Positions 16,108-24,970 of a stretch of 42,671 bases of DNA are shown here, one piece after another. Source of the stretch: an uncultured candidate division WWE3 bacterium (GTDB lineage: Bacteria > Patescibacteriota > WWE3 > UBA101185 > UBA10185); NCBI GenBank assembly GCA_965603395.1, contig CBFDCV010000002.1, positions 1-42,671 of the forward strand. Direction: 5' to 3'. Position numbers and translations under genes: made by a program. How positions within the stretch are numbered: position 1 is the first letter of the stretch; each line of letters starts with the position of its first letter. The notes below the pieces were generated by a model, which was given only the letters and a program-made list of their open reading frames with translations, was not told the origin of the DNA and searched no databases.

Positions 16108-16122
16108 TTTCCTGCTTTAACT

Positions 16123-16761
16123 ATGAAAGCTAAAGAGCTCGCTAAGACCAAAATTGATGACTTGGAATTTTCCGTGGTAGATGTAGAAACTACAGGTATG
16201 TATGCGGAATTCAACCGGGTAATGGATATAGGAATTGTAAAAGTAAAGGGTGGAAAAGTAGTAAAGGAGTGGGAAACATTAATTAATCCGCAACAGACAA
16301 TTCCCGCGTATATCACAAGTTTTACCAAAATTTCAAAATCTCACGTCAAAAACAAAAAGGAATTCTCACATTTTGCCACTAAGGTTGATGAGATGTTAAA
16401 AGGATCGATATTTGTGGCCCATAACGTCTATTTTGATTACTGGTTCTTATGGTTCGAAATGAAAAGGGCAGGTTATTCTTTGGATTTGCCAAAACTTTGC
16501 ACAGTTATGTTAGGAAGAAAGCTTACATTGGGGATAACTAGTGCTAGTTTGGATTCTTTGGCAGATAGTTATGGTATTCGAATAGAAAACAGACACAGAG
16601 CGTTACCGGACGCTAAGGCCGCAGCTGACTTGTTAGTAAGGTTTATAGATGTGGCTAAAAAAAGATATAAAGCAGAGACGTACTTTGATTTGTACCGCTT
16701 ACAGTGGATGAGGATAGGCGCCGGCAATAATTATAAAGGGCTTTTTGATGAGCACATATAA
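16123..16761 (+). CDS. DEDDh 3'-5' exonuclease (DNA pol III epsilon-like)
   Basis: Exo I VVDVETTG, Exo II FVAHNVYFDYWFL and Exo III HRALPDAKAAADL. Confidence 0.85.
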   Translation: MKAKELAKTKIDDLEFSVVDVETTGMYAEFNRVMDIGIVKVKGGKVVKEWETLINPQQTIPAYITSFTKISKSHVKNKKEFSHFATKVDEMLKGSIFVAHNVYFDYWFLWFEMKRAGYSLDLPKLCTVMLGRKLTLGITSASLDSLADSYGIRIENRHRALPDAKAAADLLVRFIDVAKKRYKAETYFDLYRLQWMRIGAGNNYKGLFDEHI

Positions 16762-17302
16762 CAATCTTTTTATTGGCATACCCATACCGGAAAATTACAT
16801 TGGAGAATACAATAAAATACTAGCATTATTACAAAATGTGGACGGTAATTTGAAGTTAAACACTACAAATTTCTTACATATCACAATTCTCTTTATGGGA
16901 AGACAAGACGATTATAATGTGGATGAGGTGGAAAAGGTTGTGAAAAAACATAAGAAACTTTTAGAGACCTCGGACGTAAAGATCGAAGGCTTCGGGTATT
17001 TTAAAAATAAAAATTTTGATGTCGCCCACTTACGTGTTAATGAAAATGAAAAGCTTAAGGAATTTTTCAATTCAATAAAAAAAGATTTAAACCATATGTT
17101 TCTTTCGAAAAAAAGTAACTTTGATCCACACCTGACTTTAGCAAGAGTAAAAAGCAAATCAATGAATAAGAAAAACCTAAGGGAATTAGAAAGTTTACTA
17201 AAAACAATTTGTTGGACATTTCCCATTACGGAAATCAGACTATACGGAAGACAAAGTGAGAACAAGAACAAACAAGTAGTTATAAAGACCATTGAGGTTT
17301 AG
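16745..17302 (+). CDS. thpR: RNA 2',3'-cyclic phosphodiesterase (2H phosphoesterase, ThpR/LigT)
   Basis: Two HxT motifs, LHITILFMG and PHLTLARV. 17-nt overlap with the upstream gene. Confidence 0.8.
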   Translation: MMSTYNNLFIGIPIPENYIGEYNKILALLQNVDGNLKLNTTNFLHITILFMGRQDDYNVDEVEKVVKKHKKLLETSDVKIEGFGYFKNKNFDVAHLRVNENEKLKEFFNSIKKDLNHMFLSKKSNFDPHLTLARVKSKSMNKKNLRELESLLKTICWTFPITEIRLYGRQSENKNKQVVIKTIEV

Positions 17303-17688
17303 GAAAGGTCCAGTTGGTTTATTATGATATTTCTTTTCCTAGGACCGTCAAGTTCGACTAAAACAATCCTCTGCCAAGTTCCAAGTACAAGCTTACCGTT
17401 AAACACAGGTATGGATACAGAAGAGCCAATGATAGAAGACATTATATGGTCATTGGCATGGCTGGGGTCGTGCGGATGCCTGTATTTTAGGTCAGGGGCG
17501 ATTGCTTCTATGGCATCAAGAAAGTCCAAATCAGTACCTGGGTCAAGATCTGCCGTAGTAATTGCAGCTGTGGTGTGAGTAATAAATACAAAAACCATGC
17601 CCTCTGAGATCTTGAGTTGAGAACTTACGTTTTCTGTAATATCTACAACCTCTTTTTGTTTTTTAGTTATAATTGTTATCTCATCCAT
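17299..17688 (-). CDS. YjbQ/UPF0047 family protein (secondary thiamine-phosphate synthase)
   Basis: ITHTTAAITTADLDPG, HANDHIMSSIIGSS and LGTWQRIVLVELDGPR are typical of the family. Confidence 0.8.
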   Translation of the reverse strand: MDEITIITKKQKEVVDITENVSSQLKISEGMVFVFITHTTAAITTADLDPGTDLDFLDAIEAIAPDLKYRHPHDPSHANDHIMSSIIGSSVSIPVFNGKLVLGTWQRIVLVELDGPRKRNIIINQLDLS

Positions 17689-17694
17689 ATATAG

Positions 17695-17700
17695 ATTTTA
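17695..17700 (-). promoter_or_regulatory. -10 box placed for a leaderless transcript of 17299..17688
   Basis: On the minus strand TAAAAT is followed by 6 nt (CTATAT) and then ATG (17688-17686). There is no SD. Confidence 0.4.
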
Positions 17701-17751
17701 ACAAAAACTTCCATTTGAAAAACTTACACTTTTGTATATGATAAAAAAGCA

Positions 17752-19491
17752 ATGAGTAAACTTACTAAAAAAGAGAGAAAAGAATTAAAAAAGCAAAAAC
17801 TGCACAAGATTCAAGTAAAACCCCAAACAAAAAAGCAGATCCCAAATATGAGGAAAATCACACTCTATAACTGGAAATTTTTACTGTTTATTGTGACTGT
17901 TTGTGTGCTAGTTTATTACAACTCAATAGATAATCAACTTACTTTAGTAGATGATATGCAAGGTATTGTTTTTGACGAAACCATAAGAGATTTAGGAGGA
18001 ATATTACGAAAACATAACCTTCAAAAAGTTTTTTACGCTATCTCTTATAGACTTTTTGAATTTAACCCCTTGCCCATAAGAATAGCCTCAGTTTTTTTAC
18101 ATGTGGTTGCAACAATACTGGTTTTTTACTTTGTATACCTAATTTGGGGTAAGAGGATTGCCCGTATGGCTACCTTAGTATTTGCCGTCCATCCCATCAA
18201 TACAGAAGCTGTAACCTGGATCAGCGGTGCTCCTTATTTATACTTTGCTGTGTTTACGTTTGTTATATTCAATCTTTATCTTCTGTACTATGCCAAGGAT
18301 CAAAAAAAGTATTTGTACGCAGCACTAGTGGTTTTCATTACGGAAATGTTAGTTTTACAATCTCCTTGGGTTCTAGTACCGCCAATAGGTTTAGTAGTTC
18401 TGGATCAGCTCATTCTGGAGAAAAAATATGACCTGTCACGATTGTGGTGGATAGCGCTGTTTGCCGTGCCAATAAGTATTTACCTCATTACTTATTTTGG
18501 CTCAGCTTATGAGAGCAGGCTGGCTGCCAGATCTGCAGGTGGTACAAGAATTACTATGCACACGCAAGCCCTTAAGCCCGTAATAGAGGGGTATCCGTAC
18601 ACAACTTATTTAATGAGTAAATTGTACGTATTTCCAAAAAATTTAACAGTTTATTACGATGGTATGGAAGTTACAACCGGATTATATGTAGCTATGTATC
18701 TAACTTTCATTATTTATATAGTTGTAACCTTATATTTATTAAAAAGGCAGCGGCAAATAGCAGGAATATTAATAATGTTAGCGGTTTTAATAGCCCCGGC
18801 CTACTCACCCGTAAAAATCACGTGGTTTTTATCTGAAAGGTATTTATACTCAGGCACGGCTTTGGTTGGTGTGTTATTTGCAATGGGCACTATTTATTTA
18901 CAAAGAAAATATAATAGTAAATACCTGGCTTACGGCATTTTTGGGTTGGTGTTAGTAATTTTTACCGCCAGAACTATTGTTCGAAACAACGATTGGCAGG
19001 ATACAGAAACCTTATCTTACGCAAATATAAAAGCGGCTCCATTAAGTGTTAGGGCTTACAATGATATGGGAGGTCATTTTTATTACAAGGGGGATATAAT
19101 GCGGGCCGTTGAGTGGTATGAGAAAGGTTTACAAGTGGTACCTACATCAGGCACAGCCATAAATAATCTGGGATTTATATATTTTGAGTTGGGGCCGCTC
19201 ATTTTTTGGGATGATTTGAACTGGCCCGAAAAAGACGAAGCCAAAGCAGACGAGCTATTTAGATACGGTTTATCGGTATTAGAAGAAGGGGGAGAGCCCA
19301 GGACAATATCCTACTTTTTTAATAAATCTTTAGCTTTTAATCCTGACAACGTTGACGTAACCTTGTATACCGCAGATTTGTACATGAGTTTGGGAATGCC
19401 AAATCATGCCGAAGATATGTACTTGCATGCGTTGAATACAGACCCTCAAAACGAGTTTGCTCTAAAGGCTCTTGATGCCTTGTATAATTAA
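17752..19491 (+). CDS. TPR-containing polytopic membrane protein (TMTC/PMT-like GT-C candidate)
   Basis: About 9 TM helices. The first loop reads LVDDMQGIVFDE. The C-terminus carries TPR-like repeats (AYNDMGGHFYYKGDIMRAVEWYEKGLQ..., ADLYMSLGMPNHAEDMYLHALNTDPQN). Confidence 0.6.
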   Translation: MSKLTKKERKELKKQKLHKIQVKPQTKKQIPNMRKITLYNWKFLLFIVTVCVLVYYNSIDNQLTLVDDMQGIVFDETIRDLGGILRKHNLQKVFYAISYRLFEFNPLPIRIASVFLHVVATILVFYFVYLIWGKRIARMATLVFAVHPINTEAVTWISGAPYLYFAVFTFVIFNLYLLYYAKDQKKYLYAALVVFITEMLVLQSPWVLVPPIGLVVLDQLILEKKYDLSRLWWIALFAVPISIYLITYFGSAYESRLAARSAGGTRITMHTQALKPVIEGYPYTTYLMSKLYVFPKNLTVYYDGMEVTTGLYVAMYLTFIIYIVVTLYLLKRQRQIAGILIMLAVLIAPAYSPVKITWFLSERYLYSGTALVGVLFAMGTIYLQRKYNSKYLAYGIFGLVLVIFTARTIVRNNDWQDTETLSYANIKAAPLSVRAYNDMGGHFYYKGDIMRAVEWYEKGLQVVPTSGTAINNLGFIYFELGPLIFWDDLNWPEKDEAKADELFRYGLSVLEEGGEPRTISYFFNKSLAFNPDNVDVTLYTADLYMSLGMPNHAEDMYLHALNTDPQNEFALKALDALYN

Positions 19492-21053
19492 TTTTCCTCA
19501 GCAAAAATATCGGTTTTGTAAACAAAAATTTGAGCCATCGGATCCTTATAACAATTTTTATCAAGTCCCATTTTTTGACCGCAAATTGTTTCTAAAAAAG
19601 TAACTAAGTCCCAATCGTTGTCGGTTGCTACCTGGGGCAATAAAGTTCCGGATCTTCCTCCTAGTATTATCCTAACACCGTGCTTGCCAGCCTCAATGTC
19701 CTCCCAGTTTTTCATACGTTTTTGGGGAGACATAGTAGAGATCTCAATTTCTATTTCTGCCAACTCTTCTTTTGTCACAGGCGGGAACCTGGTATCTTTA
19801 GTAGCTGAGGAAACAGAGACATCTTGAATAGTTTTATATAAAGGTTCTTCAGGTTCGAAATGTCCAACACACCCTCTTAGATCACCGTCTTTGGTCAATG
19901 TGACAAAAGCCCCGATGTGATGGTTTAGGTCAGCATTAATGGGGGTGTAGTTTTGTTGATTGTTTACGTAGTAATTTTCCAAAGTTTCTCTAGCCAGTAT
20001 TAAAGCCTCTTGTTTTGCCTCTTCATCAAGGACAATAGGAGGAATTTTTTGACTGTACATACCAATGGCAGCATAACCAACCACCCTACCCTTATCACCT
20101 GTAATGTCTCCGGAATTCGTGTAATCCAGTTCTTTAATGTTATCGATGCCCATTATTTCCGATAACCTTAAAGCCACTCTTAAAGCATGGTAACCACAAG
20201 CAGAGGTACTCAAACCGGGGTATTTATCAGCCGTATTGAACGCGATCATATTATCCAGAGCCTGTACTTTTCCGGAGAGGATTGCGTTAATAGTGTTTCG
20301 GTCAGCGTAGTTCGCGTCTTGCCAATTAGGGTAATGAGATAGGTCGGTACTAATAATGAGGAGTGTTTCACCATCAAGCACCCCGGCAATTTTGTAGGCC
20401 AAGTAATCGACCAAAGATTTATTAGGTCTCCCCAACAAAATTGGCACTATAGTGTAGTTTTTTTGTACTTTTTCCAAAAAAAGAATGGGAATTTCCAAAG
20501 AGTGTTCCTTTTTATGGGGCGCATCATCCGCCAAAATGTTGTATTTCTCACTGATTAACTTGTTAGCCAAAGCTTGATCTATCTCTATGTCCCTGAAAGG
20601 AGTCTCCCACAACCCCTCTGAATAAACCGCTGCGTGGGAAATGGGACTTTTATGACTTACACCTAAGATAATAATTTTTGAATATTTCTCTCCACTGATT
20701 TGTTTAAAACCCTCCGCGGCAGTTTGGCCGGAGAAATTGATTCCGGCATGAGGAACAATGAGTACCCGCAACTTCCCCGCAACCTCCACCTTCTCTGTTT
20801 GTTCCAAATAGTCTTCCAGCTGTTTATTCAACATAGCCGGTTCTTTAGGATAAAAATCACCTGCTACGGCCGGCTCTCTTATCTTTTGCCTAAGAAGATC
20901 AACACCGGTTCTTAAGGTTTCCTCAGCTTTAGATACAGCAGATTCCCTAGTTTGGTCAAACTCTTCTCCGGTTGGAGCAAATATAATAATAGAAATAATG
21001 AGGCCGAATGTGACAACTAAAGTTATTATTATAAGGAGATACTGTTTTTTCAT
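19488..21053 (-). CDS. Memo-like (AmmeMemoRadiSam protein B) fused to AMMECR1 domain, N-terminal membrane anchor
   Basis: N-terminal TM helix (LLIIITLVVTFGLIISIIIF). Memo motifs are AGDFYPKEP and LIVPHAGINFSGQTAA. The C-terminal AMMECR1 motifs are GAFVTLTKDGDLRGCVGH, DTRFPPV and GTLLPQV. Confidence 0.8.
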   Translation of the reverse strand: MKKQYLLIIITLVVTFGLIISIIIFAPTGEEFDQTRESAVSKAEETLRTGVDLLRQKIREPAVAGDFYPKEPAMLNKQLEDYLEQTEKVEVAGKLRVLIVPHAGINFSGQTAAEGFKQISGEKYSKIIILGVSHKSPISHAAVYSEGLWETPFRDIEIDQALANKLISEKYNILADDAPHKKEHSLEIPILFLEKVQKNYTIVPILLGRPNKSLVDYLAYKIAGVLDGETLLIISTDLSHYPNWQDANYADRNTINAILSGKVQALDNMIAFNTADKYPGLSTSACGYHALRVALRLSEIMGIDNIKELDYTNSGDITGDKGRVVGYAAIGMYSQKIPPIVLDEEAKQEALILARETLENYYVNNQQNYTPINADLNHHIGAFVTLTKDGDLRGCVGHFEPEEPLYKTIQDVSVSSATKDTRFPPVTKEELAEIEIEISTMSPQKRMKNWEDIEAGKHGVRIILGGRSGTLLPQVATDNDWDLVTFLETICGQKMGLDKNCYKDPMAQIFVYKTDIFAEEN

Positions 21054-21090
21054 AATTTATGGGGCAGAGAGTTTATAACTTGCAGAAAGT

Positions 21091-21450
21091 TTATAACTTA
21101 TCGATATCCAAGACAACCAAACTATTTGGTGCTAGTACAATCCTAACGTAGTCTCCGTATTTGCACTCTTCTAAGGTAACTTCAACATCCCTACCGGCAC
21201 AGGCATATAGACTTACGCCATTTACCATGTAATTAAACTCGGCGCCCTCAGGTTTTGATGTGTCCTTTTCCAACTCTCCTTTTATGGAATAGGCATGTAC
21301 ACTACCAAGATCGAGATTTAAAAATTTTAATAGATCTCTATCTGCCATACCTGCCTTAGCTCTACTAGTAAAACCTCTAGTGAATTCTTCAATCCTAGCT
21401 CTTTGAGAATCTGTCATTTTTTCCTTTTGTAGTATACGACCTTGGGCCAT
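21091..21450 (-). CDS. hypothetical protein
   Basis: 119-aa ORF, 4 nt downstream of the cupin gene and co-oriented with it. No family recognised. Confidence 0.55.
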   Translation of the reverse strand: MAQGRILQKEKMTDSQRARIEEFTRGFTSRAKAGMADRDLLKFLNLDLGSVHAYSIKGELEKDTSKPEGAEFNYMVNGVSLYACAGRDVEVTLEECKYGDYVRIVLAPNSLVVLDIDKL

Positions 21451-21454
21451 GGTG

Positions 21455-21835
21455 TTAATGGTGGTGCTCAGCTTTATCGGCTTCTTCTTTGCTTCGATGA
21501 ATAGTGCCGTGCGAGTGTTCAGGAGGAGAGTAGACAGTATATAGTCTTAGAGGCTCCTCTCCTGAGCCGTTCACTACATTGTGCTCAGCTCCGGCAGGAA
21601 TAATTACTACGTAGTCCGGTCCTATGATGTGCTCTTCGCCGTCAATATAAATCTTAGCGACACCTGTTTGTACCTTGATGTACTGATCGATGTCAGCATG
21701 AACCTCAGAGCCGATTTCCTCTCCCGGTTGAAGAGTCATGACTACGAGTTGGATTTTAGGACCTGTAAATAGGACTTTGCGGAAATTTTGATTACTTAGG
21801 GTTTCGTTTTCTATGTTTGCAATGTATCCATTCAT
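21455..21835 (-). CDS. cupin-domain protein
   Basis: GEEIGSEVHADIDQY...IPAGAEHNVVN shows the two cupin His-containing motifs. The C-terminus ends in His residues (EHHH). Confidence 0.7.
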   Translation of the reverse strand: MNGYIANIENETLSNQNFRKVLFTGPKIQLVVMTLQPGEEIGSEVHADIDQYIKVQTGVAKIYIDGEEHIIGPDYVVIIPAGAEHNVVNGSGEEPLRLYTVYSPPEHSHGTIHRSKEEADKAEHHH

Positions 21836-21860
21836 AGATACATTATACTATCATGTGCAA

Positions 21861-23114
21861 CTATTCGACACGAAGACTGTTTCTGAGGACCTCATCGATA
21901 GTTGTGATGCCCTGCTCACATTTTAATAGACCGTCTTTAAGAAGAGTTGTAAAGTTCATTTGTTTTAAAGTTTCTCTGAATTCTTCTTCACTAGCCTTTG
22001 TTCTGATCAACCCCCTAACTTTGGCATCGATTCTGAGGACCTCATAAATTCCTATCCTGCCTTTGTAAGCCAGTTTTTGGCAGGTAGGACACCCGGCGGA
22101 TTTGAATAATTTATTAGGAGGCCTGCCAACTATGTTGGTAAAAATATCAATTTCTTCTTGAGTGGGAGCGTAGGGTTTTATACAAGAGGGACAGTTTTTT
22201 CTGGTTAATCGTTGTGCCACAATACCCACTAGTGAGGAATTTAAAAGGTAAGTTTCCACACCAAGATCCAGCATTCTAAACAAAGCACCAACAGAATCTT
22301 CCGCATGCACCGTGGACAAGACCAGTAAACCGGTCAGACCTGATTCAACAGCAATTTCTGCTGTTTCTTTATCTCTGATCTCTCCTACTAACACTATGTC
22401 AGGGCTTAGGCGCAACATAGTTCTTAGTCCTTTAGCAAATGTAAAATCACGGTCTTTGCTGGTTTGGATCTGATTGGTACCTTCCAAGTGGAACTCAACC
22501 GGATCTTCAACCGTCATGATGTTGTAATCATCTTTTCTCTTCAAGGCAGTAAGTGTAGAGTATAGGGTGGTGGTTTTACCACTGCCGGTTGGTCCGCACA
22601 CCAGCACCAAGCCGCTTTTCTGATCCAGCATTTTCCAATATTGATCATATGAGTCTTTGCTAAAGCCCAACTCAGAAAGCTTCATAACAATAGTACGTTT
22701 CTCGTGTAGTCTAAAAACAATCAGTTCTCCATGAACGGTTTCCACAATTTCTACTCTAAGATTTATAATGCCATTTTCGTGTTCGACAGTGAACTGTCCT
22801 TCCTGAACCTGGCTTTTTCTTGTAATATCCAGATTGCAGATAATTTTTATTCTGGAAGCTACCGCCGCATACATATCATGGCTCATTTTTCCTACCTCGT
22901 ATAAAACACCGTCAATTCTTGCCCTAATACGGATATCTTCTTGTGCCGGTTCGAAAAGAATATCTGAGGCTAATAAATAAGCTAGTTCATGGAGTATTAC
23001 GTTGATGAGTTGGACAGGATCAGCTCCGGGGTTACTAATTAAATTTGCCAGATTCTCATTTTGCAATTTTCTTGGCTGGGAATCTGCGGTGTCTACGGCA
23101 GTATTTTGGACCAT
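21861..23114 (-). CDS. type II/IV secretion-family ATPase (PilB/GspE-like, short form)
   Basis: Walker A GPTGSGKTTT, Walker B IVLVGEIRD, His box LVLSTVHA and a tetracysteine motif CPSC...CPTC. At 417 aa it lacks the long N-terminal domains. Confidence 0.85.
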   Translation of the reverse strand: MVQNTAVDTADSQPRKLQNENLANLISNPGADPVQLINVILHELAYLLASDILFEPAQEDIRIRARIDGVLYEVGKMSHDMYAAVASRIKIICNLDITRKSQVQEGQFTVEHENGIINLRVEIVETVHGELIVFRLHEKRTIVMKLSELGFSKDSYDQYWKMLDQKSGLVLVCGPTGSGKTTTLYSTLTALKRKDDYNIMTVEDPVEFHLEGTNQIQTSKDRDFTFAKGLRTMLRLSPDIVLVGEIRDKETAEIAVESGLTGLLVLSTVHAEDSVGALFRMLDLGVETYLLNSSLVGIVAQRLTRKNCPSCIKPYAPTQEEIDIFTNIVGRPPNKLFKSAGCPTCQKLAYKGRIGIYEVLRIDAKVRGLIRTKASEEEFRETLKQMNFTTLLKDGLLKCEQGITTIDEVLRNSLRVE

Positions 23115-23145
23115 GGCAGTTTATCCTGCATACATTGTATCTTAT

Positions 23146-23562
23146 TTACTCTAGTTCCAACAGACCACTGCCGGTGGTTTTTAATTGGCAGTACTGGGAA
23201 ATTTCATCAAAACTATTATCACTAAACACAACTTGACCTAAAGAAAGGGGAATTTTACATTCGTTGATATAATAACCGCCCTCAGTTTCAAAAGTAGTTT
23301 GGGTAAGACAAAACTCATCTTCGGGACCTATGACGGTTAATTTACTTGAACCCAACCCTAAATTAACTTTGAAACCATCATCAGGCACACACTGAGCAAA
23401 ATTAATCGGTTTTTCTTCGAAATTTTTATTTGTATAAAGTTGCGATAGCTCTTCAGAAATATTAGCACTGGACGTTAAGTTCTCTTTTGGTCTATCTTTT
23501 AAAAAAGCGACTATAATAATGGCTAAAACACCAATTAAAATTAGTTTGTAGGGGATTTTCAT
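23146..23562 (-). CDS. membrane-anchored hypothetical protein (4 Cys)
   Basis: N-terminal TM helix (LILIGVLAIIIVAF). The soluble domain has four cysteines. No family recognised. Confidence 0.55.
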   Translation of the reverse strand: MKIPYKLILIGVLAIIIVAFLKDRPKENLTSSANISEELSQLYTNKNFEEKPINFAQCVPDDGFKVNLGLGSSKLTVIGPEDEFCLTQTTFETEGGYYINECKIPLSLGQVVFSDNSFDEISQYCQLKTTGSGLLELE

Positions 23563-23567
23563 GTTTT

Positions 23568-24491
23568 TTATGTTACCACAAAATCAAGTTGTGCCAAAAG
23601 TATGTACAAAAGATTTTTAAGGTCATTTTTAATTAGATCCAGGCGGTTGTTTTCAGAGCAAAATTGAGAAATAGCTTGTAGGTCTGCGTCTGTAGCGTGT
23701 GATCCGGGGGAGGAAACAGGGTACATAATGGCAACCTGATCTTCCACGTGGTCAAGACCTAGCGCATGGCCTAGCTCATGAGCTACTGTGTGCATAAAGT
23801 TTTGGTCACTGTCATAAATGTAGATCTCAATTTTGTTAGGGCCTGCCATGTAGATGCCCTCCTCAGGTTTAACAGAAAGAATGTTGTTAAATTTTTCTAC
23901 CTCTTTATTAACGGATTCCACTTCCTGATTAACTTTTTGGGCAGTTAGATTAAGTTTTTCAGCCATGGAGTTTATGTTTTCGATTTCTCTTTGCAGTCTT
24001 CCCTGTTTTTTAGTCAACGTATCATAAACATCTTGAGGAGCTCCACCTTTTTGGTTCCAGTAATTAATCTCATTATTGAGCTCGTCAAGGTTGGTTTGAA
24101 GATCTGCCCTTTTGTCTTCGAACTCCTTTGCACTCATCATGAGATCCTCTCTTTTTGCATCAAGATCCTCTCTTTGTTCATTAATATTGGCCAAAGATCC
24201 CTGCCTCTCATCAAAAACCAGACTTATTTCCAGTTTTGAATTCTGATCATAAACAAAAAGGTCTTTGCCGATCAACTCGTTCCACAGCAGACCCGCTTTT
24301 TTTGTGTTTTCCACCACTTCGCTTCTTGATTTTTCGAATTTCTGGTCGATAGAACCTACTTTATAGGTAATGGGGCTGTCGCAAAAAGAAAAGTTTATCC
24401 AGCGGTCAAAAATTTTATAAAGATCATTTTTGTAAAGAAATATTGCCGCTAAAGATATGAGTACCAAAAGAAACAGCAGGAATTTTTTCAT
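23568..24491 (-). CDS. matrixin-type (M10) zinc metalloprotease, membrane-anchored
   Basis: HTVAHELGHALGLDH (HExxHxxGxxH) plus the Met-turn AIMYP. N-terminal TM helix. A long coiled-coil segment precedes the catalytic motif. Confidence 0.8.
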   Translation of the reverse strand: MKKFLLFLLVLISLAAIFLYKNDLYKIFDRWINFSFCDSPITYKVGSIDQKFEKSRSEVVENTKKAGLLWNELIGKDLFVYDQNSKLEISLVFDERQGSLANINEQREDLDAKREDLMMSAKEFEDKRADLQTNLDELNNEINYWNQKGGAPQDVYDTLTKKQGRLQREIENINSMAEKLNLTAQKVNQEVESVNKEVEKFNNILSVKPEEGIYMAGPNKIEIYIYDSDQNFMHTVAHELGHALGLDHVEDQVAIMYPVSSPGSHATDADLQAISQFCSENNRLDLIKNDLKNLLYILLAQLDFVVT

Positions 24492-24525
24492 ACTTTATTA
24501 TTTTATCACTACAATCCGGACAAGC

Positions 24526-24870
24526 TTAGTTCGTTTGCCAAAGCCCCATGATATTTCCTTCTGTGTCTTCAAAAGTAGCCAGCCAACCGTAGCCGGGAAC
24601 CTCGATTTTTGGTGTTATCATCTTCCCGCCGTACTTTCTTACGCTGTTTATGTATTTGTCTATATCATCAACGCCTACGTAGTTAGTAATTTTTTGATCA
24701 GCCTGTTTTTGTCCCATACCCCCTGCTAGAGCTCCTTTTTCTGTTGTTATGTCGTAGTATTCCATGTCGCCAGGCATCTTATCAATTTTCCAGGCGAATA
24801 AGTTTTCGTAGAATTTTTTGGCTCTTTGAATGTTATCTGCAGGGATGTCAAAATGTTCGATTTTTGGCAT
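24526..24870 (-). CDS. VOC/glyoxalase-family protein
   Basis: IEHFDIPADNIQRAKKFYENLFAW ... GYGWLATFEDTEGNIMGLWQ is typical of small glyoxalase/bleomycin-resistance fold proteins. Confidence 0.7.
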   Translation of the reverse strand: MPKIEHFDIPADNIQRAKKFYENLFAWKIDKMPGDMEYYDITTEKGALAGGMGQKQADQKITNYVGVDDIDKYINSVRKYGGKMITPKIEVPGYGWLATFEDTEGNIMGLWQTN

Positions 24871-24935
24871 ATGTTATTTCCAAATTTGTTACCTGTTGAC
24901 TTATTATTACACGCTTTTGTTAAAGGTTTAAGTCT

Positions 24936-24964
24936 TTGACACATTAATTAATCTCCCATAGACT
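24936..24964 (+). promoter_or_regulatory. sigma70-type promoter placed for a leaderless ACD operon transcript
   Basis: TTGACA (24936-24941), a 17-nt spacer, TAGACT (24959-24964), then 6 nt and ATG 24971. There is no SD. Confidence 0.45.
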
Positions 24965-24970
24965 AAACGT

